A stretch of 64,000 nt of DNA, taken from NCBI GenBank assembly GCA_963736855.1, contig CAVTQK010000021.1, positions 96,001 to 160,000 of the forward strand, written 5' to 3'. This document shows, piece after piece, positions 10,081 through 19,566 of the stretch. This DNA comes from an uncultured delta proteobacterium (GTDB lineage Bacteria; Desulfobacterota; Desulfobacteria; Desulfobacterales; UBA2156). A program made the position numbers and the translations under genes. Under the pieces are notes generated by a model. It saw only the letters and a list, made by a program, of their open reading frames with translations. It searched no databases and was not told the DNA's origin. Numbering within the stretch: position 1 is the first letter of the stretch; each line of letters begins with the position of its first letter.

Positions 10081-10836
10081 ATGGTAACCTTGACTATTAA
10101 TGGAGCGTCCGTCTCTGTCCCGCAAGGGACCTTCCTCTTAAAGGCCGTGGAACAGGCAGGGATCACACTCCCCACCCTATGCCACCACGACGCCCTGGCG
10201 CCCTATGGGGCCTGCAGGCTGTGCATGGTAGTGATTGCCGCACCCTATCGCATTCTGGTTGCCTCCTGCACCTATCCCGTGGGGGAAGGTCTGGTGGTGG
10301 AGACCCATGCCCCGGAGGCGGTTCAGGCCCGCCGCCTGTCCCTTGAAGCCCTCATGAGCCGCTGTCCCCGATCCGATGTCATACGCAAGATTGCAGAAAG
10401 GGAAGGCGTCGCCGCATCCCGATTCGGCATGCCCCCGTCTGAAAACGCCGATGAGCTATGCGTTCTATGCGGCCTCTGTGTGCGGGTCTGTCGGGATCTG
10501 ATCGGTGCGGCCGCTATAGAGTTTATAGGGAGAGGATCAGAACGCAGGGTAGGCGCTCCTTTTAACATGCATTCCGATGCGTGCATCGGCTGCGGGGCCT
10601 GTGCAGAAGTGTGTCCCACCGGCGCCATCCGGATGGAAGACAGGGGCAGTCAACGCATCCTTCATGCGTGGAATACTTGCATCACTCTTTCCACCTGCCC
10701 GGAGTGCGGTCGTTTCTTCACGCCCGAACCCGCCCGTTTCCTGAAGGAGATGTTTCCTGAGATTAAGGCCTGCTGGGATGTGTGCCCCGAGTGCAGACGC
10801 CAGAAGACAAGCCGGCAATTGCTTGACACCATCTGA
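10081..10836 (+). CDS. Short NuoG/HydA-like FeS subunit without H-cluster or Mo-domain
   Basis: PTLC...GACRLC...ASC [2Fe-2S], CVLCGLCVRVC, CIGCGACAEVCP, C-terminal CPEC...CPEC. Confidence 0.88.
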   Translation: MVTLTINGASVSVPQGTFLLKAVEQAGITLPTLCHHDALAPYGACRLCMVVIAAPYRILVASCTYPVGEGLVVETHAPEAVQARRLSLEALMSRCPRSDVIRKIAEREGVAASRFGMPPSENADELCVLCGLCVRVCRDLIGAAAIEFIGRGSERRVGAPFNMHSDACIGCGACAEVCPTGAIRMEDRGSQRILHAWNTCITLSTCPECGRFFTPEPARFLKEMFPEIKACWDVCPECRRQKTSRQLLDTI

Positions 10837-10866
10837 ATCCTGAATACGGGATTCTGACTTCTGAAT
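10832..10866. repeat. Degenerate heptamer tandem repeat
   Basis: TCTGAAT CCTGAAT ACGGGAT TCTGACT TCTGAAT between convergent genes. Confidence 0.5.
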
Positions 10867-10876
10867 ATCCGCTCTT

Positions 10877-11707
10877 TCACAGCCCGTTCAGGATTTCCTG
10901 TTGCTTCTTCTCGTAGACTTCTTTGGTGATCAGGCCGTCATCGTAGAGCTTCTTGAGTTCCTTCAACCGAGCGGGTGTATTACCGCTTCCAACTGCAGGC
11001 GGAGGTTGTCCGGTTGGAACGGCAGGCGGCGCATTGACCGCGGCCGGGACAGGCGCCGGATGGACCGTGCGAGAAGCAATGGCCGACTGTATGTCGGGCA
11101 CCGCAGTCATCAGCAGGTGAGCGATGCGATCGTGCGTGATTCGGTTGATCAACTCTGCCGGCTTCATGGTGTCGAGCACAGTTTTGCCGCTGAACCATCC
11201 ACCGGTGTCACAGGTTTTTGTGTAGTAGCGCTTCCCCGCCTCATCATACAGATTTACCTCCAATGCCATCATGATCTGAGGCGTCATCGCAAAGGTGAGG
11301 TTTCTCAGCGAGTTGTACCGGTAATCGTAGGAGATCACCCGAGGTTGGATTATGGCCGCATAACCCTTTGCATTGGCCAGAGAATTAACCCGGTCGCATC
11401 CGCCTGTGAACCTACCGCAGAAAACCCGTGCTGCCGTCTCACGCGTGATCTCTCCCAGCGGTATTGCGATCTTGGACCCGCCGCCATAGAGGCTTGATGG
11501 ACGGTCCTGGTGGATGTAGGCGTCGTCCGACGGTTCCGTGTACAGCAAGGCCTTGCCCGGAATCGACACACTCCCAACACCGGCTGCAGACGGCACATAC
11601 GACGGTGTATAAGCCACGCGGTACTGGCAGCCCGTTAACAGCGCCACTGTGCATCCCAATACAACTATGTACAGGCTCATCTTCTTCAATATAATTCCTT
11701 TTTCCAA
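10877..11707 (-). CDS. Lipoprotein with C-terminal SHOCT domain
   Basis: Lipobox LTGC; RLKELKKLYDDGLITKEVYEKKQQEIL is a typical SHOCT; GAGGAGG RBS before TTG. Confidence 0.8.
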   Translation of the reverse strand: MEKGIILKKMSLYIVVLGCTVALLTGCQYRVAYTPSYVPSAAGVGSVSIPGKALLYTEPSDDAYIHQDRPSSLYGGGSKIAIPLGEITRETAARVFCGRFTGGCDRVNSLANAKGYAAIIQPRVISYDYRYNSLRNLTFAMTPQIMMALEVNLYDEAGKRYYTKTCDTGGWFSGKTVLDTMKPAELINRITHDRIAHLLMTAVPDIQSAIASRTVHPAPVPAAVNAPPAVPTGQPPPAVGSGNTPARLKELKKLYDDGLITKEVYEKKQQEILNGL

Positions 11708-11768
11708 GCTTGACCTCCTCTTTATCTCTCTGCCTTCAAACTGATTTCATCCCGGGCTCTGTTGCAGC

Positions 11769-13199
11769 TTAGGAAGCGGGCAGGGTTAGAATAGCCCTCG
11801 CCCCTCCGGATTCCCGGTTCTCGAGGACAATCTCACCATGGTGCAGGGTTGCCACTTCCCGGACGAAATTTAACCCCAGTCCGGTGCTTTTTTTCCCTGC
11901 ATTCGGCCTTTGCAGCGAATAAAATTTTTCAAATACTTTTTCGAGCGCGTAATCGGGAATGCCGGGACCCCGGTCTTCGATCATGATTTGAATATGCTGG
12001 TTTACATTCCGGCAGGTGATGATAATTTTTTCGTTTTCGGCGCTGAAATCGATAGCGTTTTGTACCAGGTTGGACAAGGCTTCATGCAACAAAAACCGGT
12101 CGCCGGAAATGGTGATGTCTGCCGATATCTCACAATCGATTGTGATCTGTTTGCGTCTGAGCAACGGCCGTTTGCTTTCGACAACCCCCGATATCAAAGC
12201 CTTTAAGATGATGTTTTCGCTGGTCGGTAATATCCTCATATTTTCCAGCGCCGATAAAGCCAGCAGCCGTTCAACAATATCATTGATTCTGCCGGCTTCG
12301 TTGCGGATATTGGCCAGAAATTTGGCCTGCTGTTCGGGAGGCATTTTTTCCTCCATGAGTTCCGCCGCGGCGATAATGGCCGATACCGGGCTTTTAACCT
12401 CATGGGTCAGCGTCTGAATATACTCCTCGACATATTTTTTACCCTCCAGAGTGGTTTTCATCTTCTCAAACGCTTTGCCCATTTCGCCGATTTCCGTTGT
12501 GTTTAGTTTCGGAATGTTGACGTTTTTCCCCTCTCCGATATCATTGGCATAGCGGGTCAGCCGCTTGATCGGCAGAGTGATCCACCAGGAAGCAAGGAGG
12601 CTCAGGATAATCGCGGCAAACATGGAGACGGCAACCACTTTAGAGAATTCGGGTTTGAAATTCGCGATGAAGTTGTTGATGTTCGTTGTCGGTTTGGCAA
12701 TCGTTAAAACTCCCGCGATATCCCCTCGGACATAGATGGGCGCGCCGACATAAAGCACGGATGATTTCAGATCGTCCGGATTCGCCCTGGTTGTACGTGC
12801 CCCGTAAAATCCGCTTAATGTCAGGCGGACATCGCGCCATTTAATGTAGTCACTGCCGATGTTCGCCCTGTTTTGAGCGTCAAATATCACTTTGCCGCTT
12901 TTGTCGGTAATATAGATGTTTATGTCGACATTGGTTTTGTTGAACTCATAGATATTGGCAGACAACTGGCGGCGATAGACGTTGTCAAACACCTTATACA
13001 GCCGGTCGGTGTTGAATTGTCGTGATTCCATATCCTGGCCCACCATTGCTGCCAGGATATTCGCCTGATCCACAAGGGGGTCTTCCACCCCTTCCAGATA
13101 ACGGGTACGGACTTTGTCTTTCATCCAGTTTACGGAGTAATAGAAGCATGAGGTGAAGATCATCAAATAACAAACAAAGATACGGATTCCGACTTTCAT
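11769..13199 (-). CDS. creC: Two-component sensor histidine kinase CreC
   Basis: YGARTTR, LEGKKYVEEYIQTLTHEVKSP H-box, KSTGLGLNFV, HAMP. Confidence 0.92.
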   Translation of the reverse strand: MKVGIRIFVCYLMIFTSCFYYSVNWMKDKVRTRYLEGVEDPLVDQANILAAMVGQDMESRQFNTDRLYKVFDNVYRRQLSANIYEFNKTNVDINIYITDKSGKVIFDAQNRANIGSDYIKWRDVRLTLSGFYGARTTRANPDDLKSSVLYVGAPIYVRGDIAGVLTIAKPTTNINNFIANFKPEFSKVVAVSMFAAIILSLLASWWITLPIKRLTRYANDIGEGKNVNIPKLNTTEIGEMGKAFEKMKTTLEGKKYVEEYIQTLTHEVKSPVSAIIAAAELMEEKMPPEQQAKFLANIRNEAGRINDIVERLLALSALENMRILPTSENIILKALISGVVESKRPLLRRKQITIDCEISADITISGDRFLLHEALSNLVQNAIDFSAENEKIIITCRNVNQHIQIMIEDRGPGIPDYALEKVFEKFYSLQRPNAGKKSTGLGLNFVREVATLHHGEIVLENRESGGARAILTLPAS

Positions 13200-13877
13200 A
13201 AATTCTCTTTCAAGGAATACCCGGCTCCCCGATGGGTGATGATCGGTTCGATCTGAGGTTCAATCAACTTTAAGTTTTGCGCGCAGATTTTTGACATGCG
13301 CATCCACCGTCCTGTCCATGCTGGCCTCCGGGACATCCCAGGCCATGTCCATCAATTGACTGCGGGAATATACATGGCCGGGTCGCCGGATGAACGTCGT
13401 CAAGATCCGGTATTCGTAATTGGATAATTCCAGCAGCTTGCCGAAATAGGATATTTGCCGTTTCGATTCATTGACCTGAAAAGCGCCGGGGCGCGATGTG
13501 TCCTGATGGTTTGCTTTTGACCGTCTGAGGATGGCTTTGATCCTTGCGGAGAGCTCGCGCGGACTGAAGGGTTTAACCACATAGTCGTCCGCGCCGATTT
13601 CCAGGCCGACAACGCGGTCGATCTCCGTCGTTCGCGCCGTTAGAAACAAAATCGGTGTATTGCTGGTTCTCCGGATTTCCTTGCACAGATCGAATCCGTT
13701 GATATCCGGCAGTCCGACATCCAGAACGACCAGGTCGATATTTTCACTTTCGAGCAAGGGCAGCACCGGTTTGCCTTCGGAGACGCTCAGGGTTTCAAAT
13801 CCATCCGTTTCCAACGCGTAGCGGATCGCGTCGGTTATGGCCGGCTCATCATCCACGATCAGAATCCGCAGCTTCAT
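13196..13877 (-). CDS. creB: Response regulator CreB (OmpR family); apparent +1 frameshift near 13270
   Basis: REC + wHTH; removing one base restores ...KLKLIEPQIEPIITHRGAGYSLKENL with ATGA overlap onto creC. Confidence 0.88.
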
Positions 13878-14679
13878 GGCAGTTACCTGTCGTTCCATGT
13901 TTTGGTTTTTCATAATTATAACACAAAACCATAAGAAACATCAGCACAAAAAGCAAATAGCTGACGGCCAGGACAGACCAGGCGTGTTCCCAGAATAAGG
14001 CGGGATTCTTCCTGGAAGCCTGATTCAAGGCAGGCAAAGCCAGTGTGATCAGGAGATACCAGAACAAAGGAATCAGGCAGGAGAACAGAATACTCGTCAC
14101 ATTCCTGCCCTCATCCGGTTGCCTGCGTGATGGAAAAAGATCGTGCCATGATATGATTTTTTGTACACCCAGATACAACAGGCACAGACAGAGAAAATAT
14201 ATCGCGATTCCCTCCAGACGATGGACTTTTTCCGGCGTGATTAAAGGCGTGTAGATATCCGCCCGATATAGATAGATGGACAGGATGATGCGCAGGCTGT
14301 TGGCGCATAGTGTCGCGCCATAGGCTGCGGCAAAACCGGCCAGGACACAAGGAGCCAGGTATTCTTTTCGCTGCATGTGATATAGCATTGTCAAAGCCGA
14401 CATGCAAAACGCTGCGATCATAAAATTGATGCCGGCGCAAGCGGGTATGATAGCGACGTGTTGATCGGCGCTGACGTATCCGATATTTGCTTCCTTCACA
14501 AACTGAGTGCCGGTCATGAATTTCACGAGGGATGCAGTCGGGCCGAGAATCCAGACGAGATCTTCGCTGGTGGATTGGCTGTAAGCGTATTTCAGCCCGA
14601 CTGCCATGAACACGACCAACAGACCATAGATGATCTTTTGTGCAGGAAACGGGTTCAACCGGTTCATTTCTTTTCCCAC
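13849..14679 (-). CDS. Exosortase (XrtK-like)
   Basis: Multi-TM; LVWILGPT, PACAGINF catalytic Cys, NSLRI Arg, VHRLEG His. Confidence 0.8.
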   Translation of the reverse strand: MGKEMNRLNPFPAQKIIYGLLVVFMAVGLKYAYSQSTSEDLVWILGPTASLVKFMTGTQFVKEANIGYVSADQHVAIIPACAGINFMIAAFCMSALTMLYHMQRKEYLAPCVLAGFAAAYGATLCANSLRIILSIYLYRADIYTPLITPEKVHRLEGIAIYFLCLCLLYLGVQKIISWHDLFPSRRQPDEGRNVTSILFSCLIPLFWYLLITLALPALNQASRKNPALFWEHAWSVLAVSYLLFVLMFLMVLCYNYEKPKHGTTGNCHEAADSDRG

Positions 14680-14696
14680 CTGTTCTTCCGGCGGAT

Positions 14697-16708
14697 CTAT
14701 ATTTTATGTTTTTGGATCAGCCTGCGTTTCGTTGTTACAGCAGAAACCGAGATGATCAGAGCGGCCATAATCAGCAGGAAGTAAAGCTCAGGTTCCGGCG
14801 TGTTGAGCATGCCTTCGCCCACGGCAAAGTTGGAAACCCCGGAGGGTAGAGGCAGGGGCTGCGTGACATCCTGGCTTTCGGCTTCGGGATTGCGGACGAT
14901 TTCATGCACGGCGATAAAAGACGTGTGGGCCGTCAATAAATTATATTTGATGCCGATATGAACAATCGCTTCCTTGTTGTCCGTGCCGCCGCTGTGCGTG
15001 TTGAAGTCCGATAGATCGGTCAGCCTTTTTCTTGCCCACAGCTGTCTGAGCGCCGCGTTTTTATCCGACGGCGAAACTTCGGCCGCATCAAAGGTTTGAG
15101 TAAATGTGTTTTCACCGCTCCGGCCGAAGACAGTGATTTTTCCCTGAGGGTTTCCGTCCCATTTGCCGATGACGACAATCGGTCTTTCGGCAAACATGTC
15201 CGGAATTTTTACCGGTTCCACGTCATATGCCTTAAAACCGTCAAAAGTGACCGCAATATTGGTCAGAACAGGTGTGGCGATGTAATTGCGGAATTTTTCC
15301 GCAACTTTCGGTGCTTCCTCCGGCTTGGTGACCACAAAAAGTTCGCCCTGGCCTGCATGCGCAACGCCTTCAATGAGGTAGCGGTTGACGCTGCTGCCGA
15401 TGCCGAAAGAAAATACATTGGTGTTGTTGAGGTTTTCACGAATGAGCTGCAAGGCTTCCTTTTCCGCCGAGATAAAGCCGTCCGTAACCACAATGACCGA
15501 CCGGGAAACGTTTTCATTCCGGGGCAGGGACATGGCCCTCTGCAAGGCTGCACAAAGCTCGGTTCCTCCTCCGCCATGCTGCCCGTCAATCAATCGGATG
15601 GCGTTATCGATATTGCTTTGCGTGGCCGGTACGGACGAAGGAGACATTAAACTCGACCGGCCGGAAAAGAGGATGACATTAAAGTGATCCGTGGATCGCA
15701 GGTTGCCGATGAGATTGCGCAAGCAGATTTTTCGAGATATCCAGAGGGAAAGCCGTACATGGACCCGGAAACATCCACGACAAAGATGTACTCCCGCGGG
15801 GGAATGTCGGAGATATTGATACGCTGGGGCGGTTGAACCATCAGTAAAAAGAAATGCTCTTCTTCACCTTTATAAAGCATTAATCCGGAATGGATTTTTT
15901 TGCCCGTCAGCCGGTACTTTAAAATGAAATCCCGGTTGCCTCCGTCAGCTTCAGAATCGTCAAGAACGATCGTTGCTGCGGACGGGTTCGGCCAGAGTGT
16001 TTTAATCTTGTGTGTGGCGCAGGCAATATCCTCCACCGGGACACCCCCGGTGATGTCGACGGCTATGTTGAATGTGGATGTCGGCAAAACCCCCTCCTTC
16101 AGATACGGGCTTTTCACCCATCGGTCGGTTTCCGGTGCGCTTTCTTCCGGTGTGCTCGAATAGCGCGGCCCGACCACCGTGGGATAAACAAATTCATAGA
16201 TGCCCTCGGTCGGAATGAGAAGCTCGGTATAGCGCAGTTCAATGTCGACTTTGTCGCCCGGCATGATATTGGCCACATTCATCGTAAAAACATTGGGGCG
16301 CTCCTGATTGAGCAGCGAGGCGCTCTTTCCTTCTTTTTTTGCCTGCTCAAAGGCTTGCTGGGCAGCCTGGCGTTCCTGAATTTTAGCGGTGACGATGTGA
16401 TCGCCGATCTTCATTTTCATGCCGTAAACCGCCGCCCGGGTGGAAGCGGGAAAAACGTAGCGCGCATTGATCGGCCGCGAACCTTCGTTGACATATCGCT
16501 GGGTGACCACAACATCGGCAATGATGCCGCTGATATGAACGTCGGCTTTTGTTTCTTTCAGCGGAAACCGGTCGATGGACGCATCGCCTTCTTTAACAAA
16601 AAAATAAGGGGACAGGGTTTTGTCTTCTGCAGTCTCGGCCAGAGCCGCCGACGGCAAAAAGATAAACAACGCGACAATGGATAAAATGATTTTGAACATT
16701 GCCTTCAT
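14697..16708 (-). CDS. Secreted VIT + VWA protein with PEP-CTERM-like tail; apparent frameshift at about 15722-15750
   Basis: Signal peptide; VIT domain (YVFPAST, ASLLNQERPNVF); MIDAS DVSGS; GGTEL, VTDG; C-terminal TPEPE + hydrophobic helix + KRR. Confidence 0.85.
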
Positions 16709-16781
16709 GACATTTCCTCCTCGATGAATGGTTTTATGATGGTTTTTGTCCATCGTTGGAGGACAAAATAAAAGACCAACT

Positions 16782-16819
16782 GTGAATCGATGATGAATGT
16801 AAAACGAAAAATTGATGAA
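16782..16819 (-). promoter_or_regulatory. Four cre-tag-like direct repeats (putative CreB sites)
   Basis: Minus strand TTCAT-N6-TTCGT-N6-TTCAT-N6-TTCAC, exact 11-bp period; the E. coli cre-tag is TTCAC-N6-TTCAC. Confidence 0.7.
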
Positions 16820-17029
16820 AAATTTGGGTGTGGGGTGATTTTAGTAAAAGCTTGCAGGCTCTGATGAGTAAAAACGATATCCCGCCATTTACTTTTGTTG
16901 GCAAAATGGAAAAGAGGGGGTGCGCTCAGCTTTGCTTATGATCCATTCTGTTGGCTTGACCAAAACCGAAAACGAGTATATTTATGCTAATCGTAAATTA
17001 CACGCTTGTATTTTTCGATGGAGCTAAAA

Positions 17030-18169
17030 ATGCCCAAGTACCTTTCAAGATACATCGAAACGCCTGTGCGCAACGACCTCAATCGCAAGATGGTCTTTGT
17101 TGCAGGCCCGCGGCAGTCCGGCAAGACCACACTCGCAAAGCACCTGTGCAAACAGGAGAGGGTTGATATCGGCCGGCGATATTTGAACTGGGATGCCCCC
17201 GAAGATCGGGAGCATATCATCCGGGAGCGCTTTCCAACGGGTGATGGACTTCTGGTCCTCGACGAGATCCACAAGTATTCGCGCTGGCGGCAGGTCGTCA
17301 AAGGCCTGTATGATAAGCGTGGCAGCGAACTTCGGATCCTGGTTACCGGGAGCGCACGGTTGGATTATTATCGTCGCGGCGGAGATTCTCTCCAGGGGCG
17401 GTACCATTTCTATCGCCTGCTGCCTCTTTCATGCGCAGAGCTTTCTACCCCATCATTGTCCACAATCCATGATCTGCTCAATTATGGCGGCTTCCCGGAG
17501 CCTTTCTTCCTGCAGTCGGAGAAAGAAACCCGGAGATGGAGCAGGGAATATCGCTCCCGGGTCATCTTAGGGGATCTTAAGGATTTGGAAAAAGTTCAGG
17601 ACGCGGGGATCATCGAAAAAATGGTTTTACGCTTGCCGGAGCTTGTGGGTTCGCCGCTTTCACTCAACTCGCTGCGCGAAGACCTGCAGGTCTCTCATCA
17701 GTCCATTTCGCGCTGGATCGGCATGCTGGAAAATCTTTACATGATTTTCCGTATCTATCCCTTCGGTGCTCCGAAGATCCGTGCCGTAAAGAAAGAGGCC
17801 AAGCACTACCACCTGGATTGGACGGTTGTTTCCGACAGGGCGGCCCGTTTCGAAAATCTCATCGCCTTTCATTTGCTTAAATGGGTATTTTACCTGCAGG
17901 ATCTGGAAGGACGGGATGCGGAGCTTCGCTATTTCAGAGACGTCGACAAAAGGGAAGTCGATTTTGTCGTCATGGAGAAGGGTGCTCCCCTGTCCTTCGT
18001 CGAATGCAAGACATCCGCCGGAGAGATCAGTCAGTCTCTGCGCTATTTAAAAGCCCGTTTTCCCGGCGTTGAGGCGGTCCAGGTTGTTCTTGACAGAAAT
18101 ATCGATGTGCTGACAAAGGATGGCATCCGTCTTTGTTCCGCCCATTTGCTGCTTAAGGATCTGATATAA
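17030..18169 (+). CDS. AAA_14 family ATPase with DUF4143 (restriction-endonuclease-like) C-terminus
   Basis: GPRQSGKT, LDEIH, TGS, GGFP, FENL, REVDFV...VECK. Confidence 0.9.
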   Translation: MPKYLSRYIETPVRNDLNRKMVFVAGPRQSGKTTLAKHLCKQERVDIGRRYLNWDAPEDREHIIRERFPTGDGLLVLDEIHKYSRWRQVVKGLYDKRGSELRILVTGSARLDYYRRGGDSLQGRYHFYRLLPLSCAELSTPSLSTIHDLLNYGGFPEPFFLQSEKETRRWSREYRSRVILGDLKDLEKVQDAGIIEKMVLRLPELVGSPLSLNSLREDLQVSHQSISRWIGMLENLYMIFRIYPFGAPKIRAVKKEAKHYHLDWTVVSDRAARFENLIAFHLLKWVFYLQDLEGRDAELRYFRDVDKREVDFVVMEKGAPLSFVECKTSAGEISQSLRYLKARFPGVEAVQVVLDRNIDVLTKDGIRLCSAHLLLKDLI

Positions 18170-18235
18170 AATGAAGCGGATTGAAGATCCTCGCCGGCGC
18201 CCTGATAAAAGCCCCTAACCCAGATCTATTGCAAC

Positions 18236-18269
18236 TTGACAATTTCTTTAGAAATATCTAAAGCTTCTC
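18236..18269 (+). promoter_or_regulatory. Putative sigma70 promoter with palindromic operator
   Basis: TTGACA at 18236; palindrome CTTTAGA-AATA-TCTAAAG at 18246-18263 covers the spacer and -10. Confidence 0.45.
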
Positions 18270-18368
18270 GCATAATCTCAATATAATCCTATCCGGTTGC
18301 AACCTCTTTTTCAGGGAAACGACAACCCTAAAGGTTCATGTGGAACCGTCAGGTGAAATGAATCGCCC

Positions 18369-18430
18369 ATGAAACAGGTGGTGATCGAAAACCCGGTCCT
18401 GAATTCACCCTTTCGCGAGCCGAAACGAAA
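18369..18430 (+). pseudogene. N-terminal remnant of a type III-like restriction endonuclease subunit
   Basis: MKQVVIENPVLNSPFREPKR resembles the IENPILNSPFxEPxRH N-terminus of DEAD-box Res proteins; the ORF then diverges and stops at 18602. Confidence 0.6.
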
Positions 18431-18653
18431 CCAGGCTGGAACTTGCTATAAATGGATAGGTCAGGAAAACACACCCAAACCATCCTTATCCGCGAAAAAA
18501 ACAGCCGCCTTCAACGAAATGCTCAATAGACAGCGGAAGTGGAGGTCGTCAGGAAAGAAGACCCGCTTGAAAATCGACTCCTTATTGCAAAGCGTTTTGT
18601 GAATCAGTCCTGAAAAAAACTTATAATTTTAATAAGTTGAGGAGTATTTCCGA

Positions 18654-18752
18654 ATGACAATCGGCGGATATTTGGAACCGCAAAAAAGAAACGCCCCTGC
18701 AATAAAGCAGAGGCGTCAAGCCGACGATACTATCGTCAGCGCTGTTATTTAG
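18654..18752 (+). CDS. Putative 32-aa leader ORF, in frame with the NYN gene
   Basis: GAGGAG RBS at 18639-18644, ATG 18654, MTIGGYLEPQKRNAPAIKQRRQADDTIVSAVI, TAG 18750; TATAAT at 18622. Confidence 0.4.
   Translation: MTIGGYLEPQKRNAPAIKQRRQADDTIVSAVI
18682..18750 (-). ncRNA. Putative ~70-nt small RNA antisense to the NYN leader
   Basis: Minus-strand promoter upstream, hairpin GCTGACGAT-AGT-ATCGTCGGC, then terminator GACGCCTCTGC-TTTATT-GCAGGGGCGTT-TCTTTTTT. Confidence 0.65.
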
Positions 18753-18756
18753 AATA

Positions 18757-18785
18757 AGTTTAAAGCGGATGTTCATGAAAGTCAA
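18757..18785 (-). promoter_or_regulatory. Sigma70 promoter for the antisense RNA
   Basis: TTGACT (18785-18780), 17-bp spacer, TAAACT (18762-18757). Confidence 0.7.
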
Positions 18786-19409
18786 ATGAAAAGCGCCATG
18801 GAAAGAGTTATTGTCTACATTGATGGATTTAATCTGTATTTTGGATTAAAATCAAAGGGTTGGAAAAGGTATTATTGGCTTGACCTTCAGAAGCTGGCAA
18901 AAAACCTGCTAAAAGACCATCAGAGGCTGGTAGCTACCAAATACTTTACCTCTCGGGTTTCAGGGCCGCCAGAAAAAGTCAAAAGACAGGGAATCTATAT
19001 TGAGGCTCTGCAGACTCTGGATCATTTGCAGATTTTCTATGGCCATTATCTTACCAACACCATCGAATGCCGGAAATGTGGGGATGTTTTCCCCAAACCC
19101 AATGAAAAAATGACCGATGTGAACATTGCGGTTGAAATGTTGACCGATGCGTTTCGGGACGCATTTGATGCTGCTATTCTAATTTCAGCCGACAGCGATT
19201 TGACGGCGCCCTTAAAAAAAGTGAAACTGCTTTTTCCGTCAAAGAAAATTATCACTGCATTCCCTCCGGATCGTTTTTCGTTTGCGTTGAAGGAAACAAG
19301 CGATGCTTCCTTCTTTATCGGGAGAAAAAAATTAGCACAAAGCATTTTTCCTGATCATGTTACCAAATCAGACGGCTTTGTCCTTATCAGACCCGAACGC
19401 TGGAGATGA
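18786..19409 (+). CDS. NYN domain (LabA/DUF88, PIN-like) putative RNase
   Basis: YIDGFNLY, EKMTDVNIA, SADSDL acidic motifs intact; CxxC insert. Confidence 0.9.
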   Translation: MKSAMERVIVYIDGFNLYFGLKSKGWKRYYWLDLQKLAKNLLKDHQRLVATKYFTSRVSGPPEKVKRQGIYIEALQTLDHLQIFYGHYLTNTIECRKCGDVFPKPNEKMTDVNIAVEMLTDAFRDAFDAAILISADSDLTAPLKKVKLLFPSKKIITAFPPDRFSFALKETSDASFFIGRKKLAQSIFPDHVTKSDGFVLIRPERWR

Positions 19410-19566
19410 ATGAACGTAAGTAAGCCTCATATTAAAAAATGATGAAAAGGAGATCAAGAGAAGCGGTGTCTGAAAGGGTACTCAAGGCTGAATAAAAGTT
19501 GTAAGGATATGGAGGGGATAAGCTGATTTAATGGCAAAGACAGGGATGACGTAATGGAGATAAATC

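Noticed and set aside
7714..10836. Respiratory complex I or FeFe-hydrogenase
   Set aside because: No membrane nuo genes, no H-cluster motifs and no Mo-domain in the NuoG-like subunit
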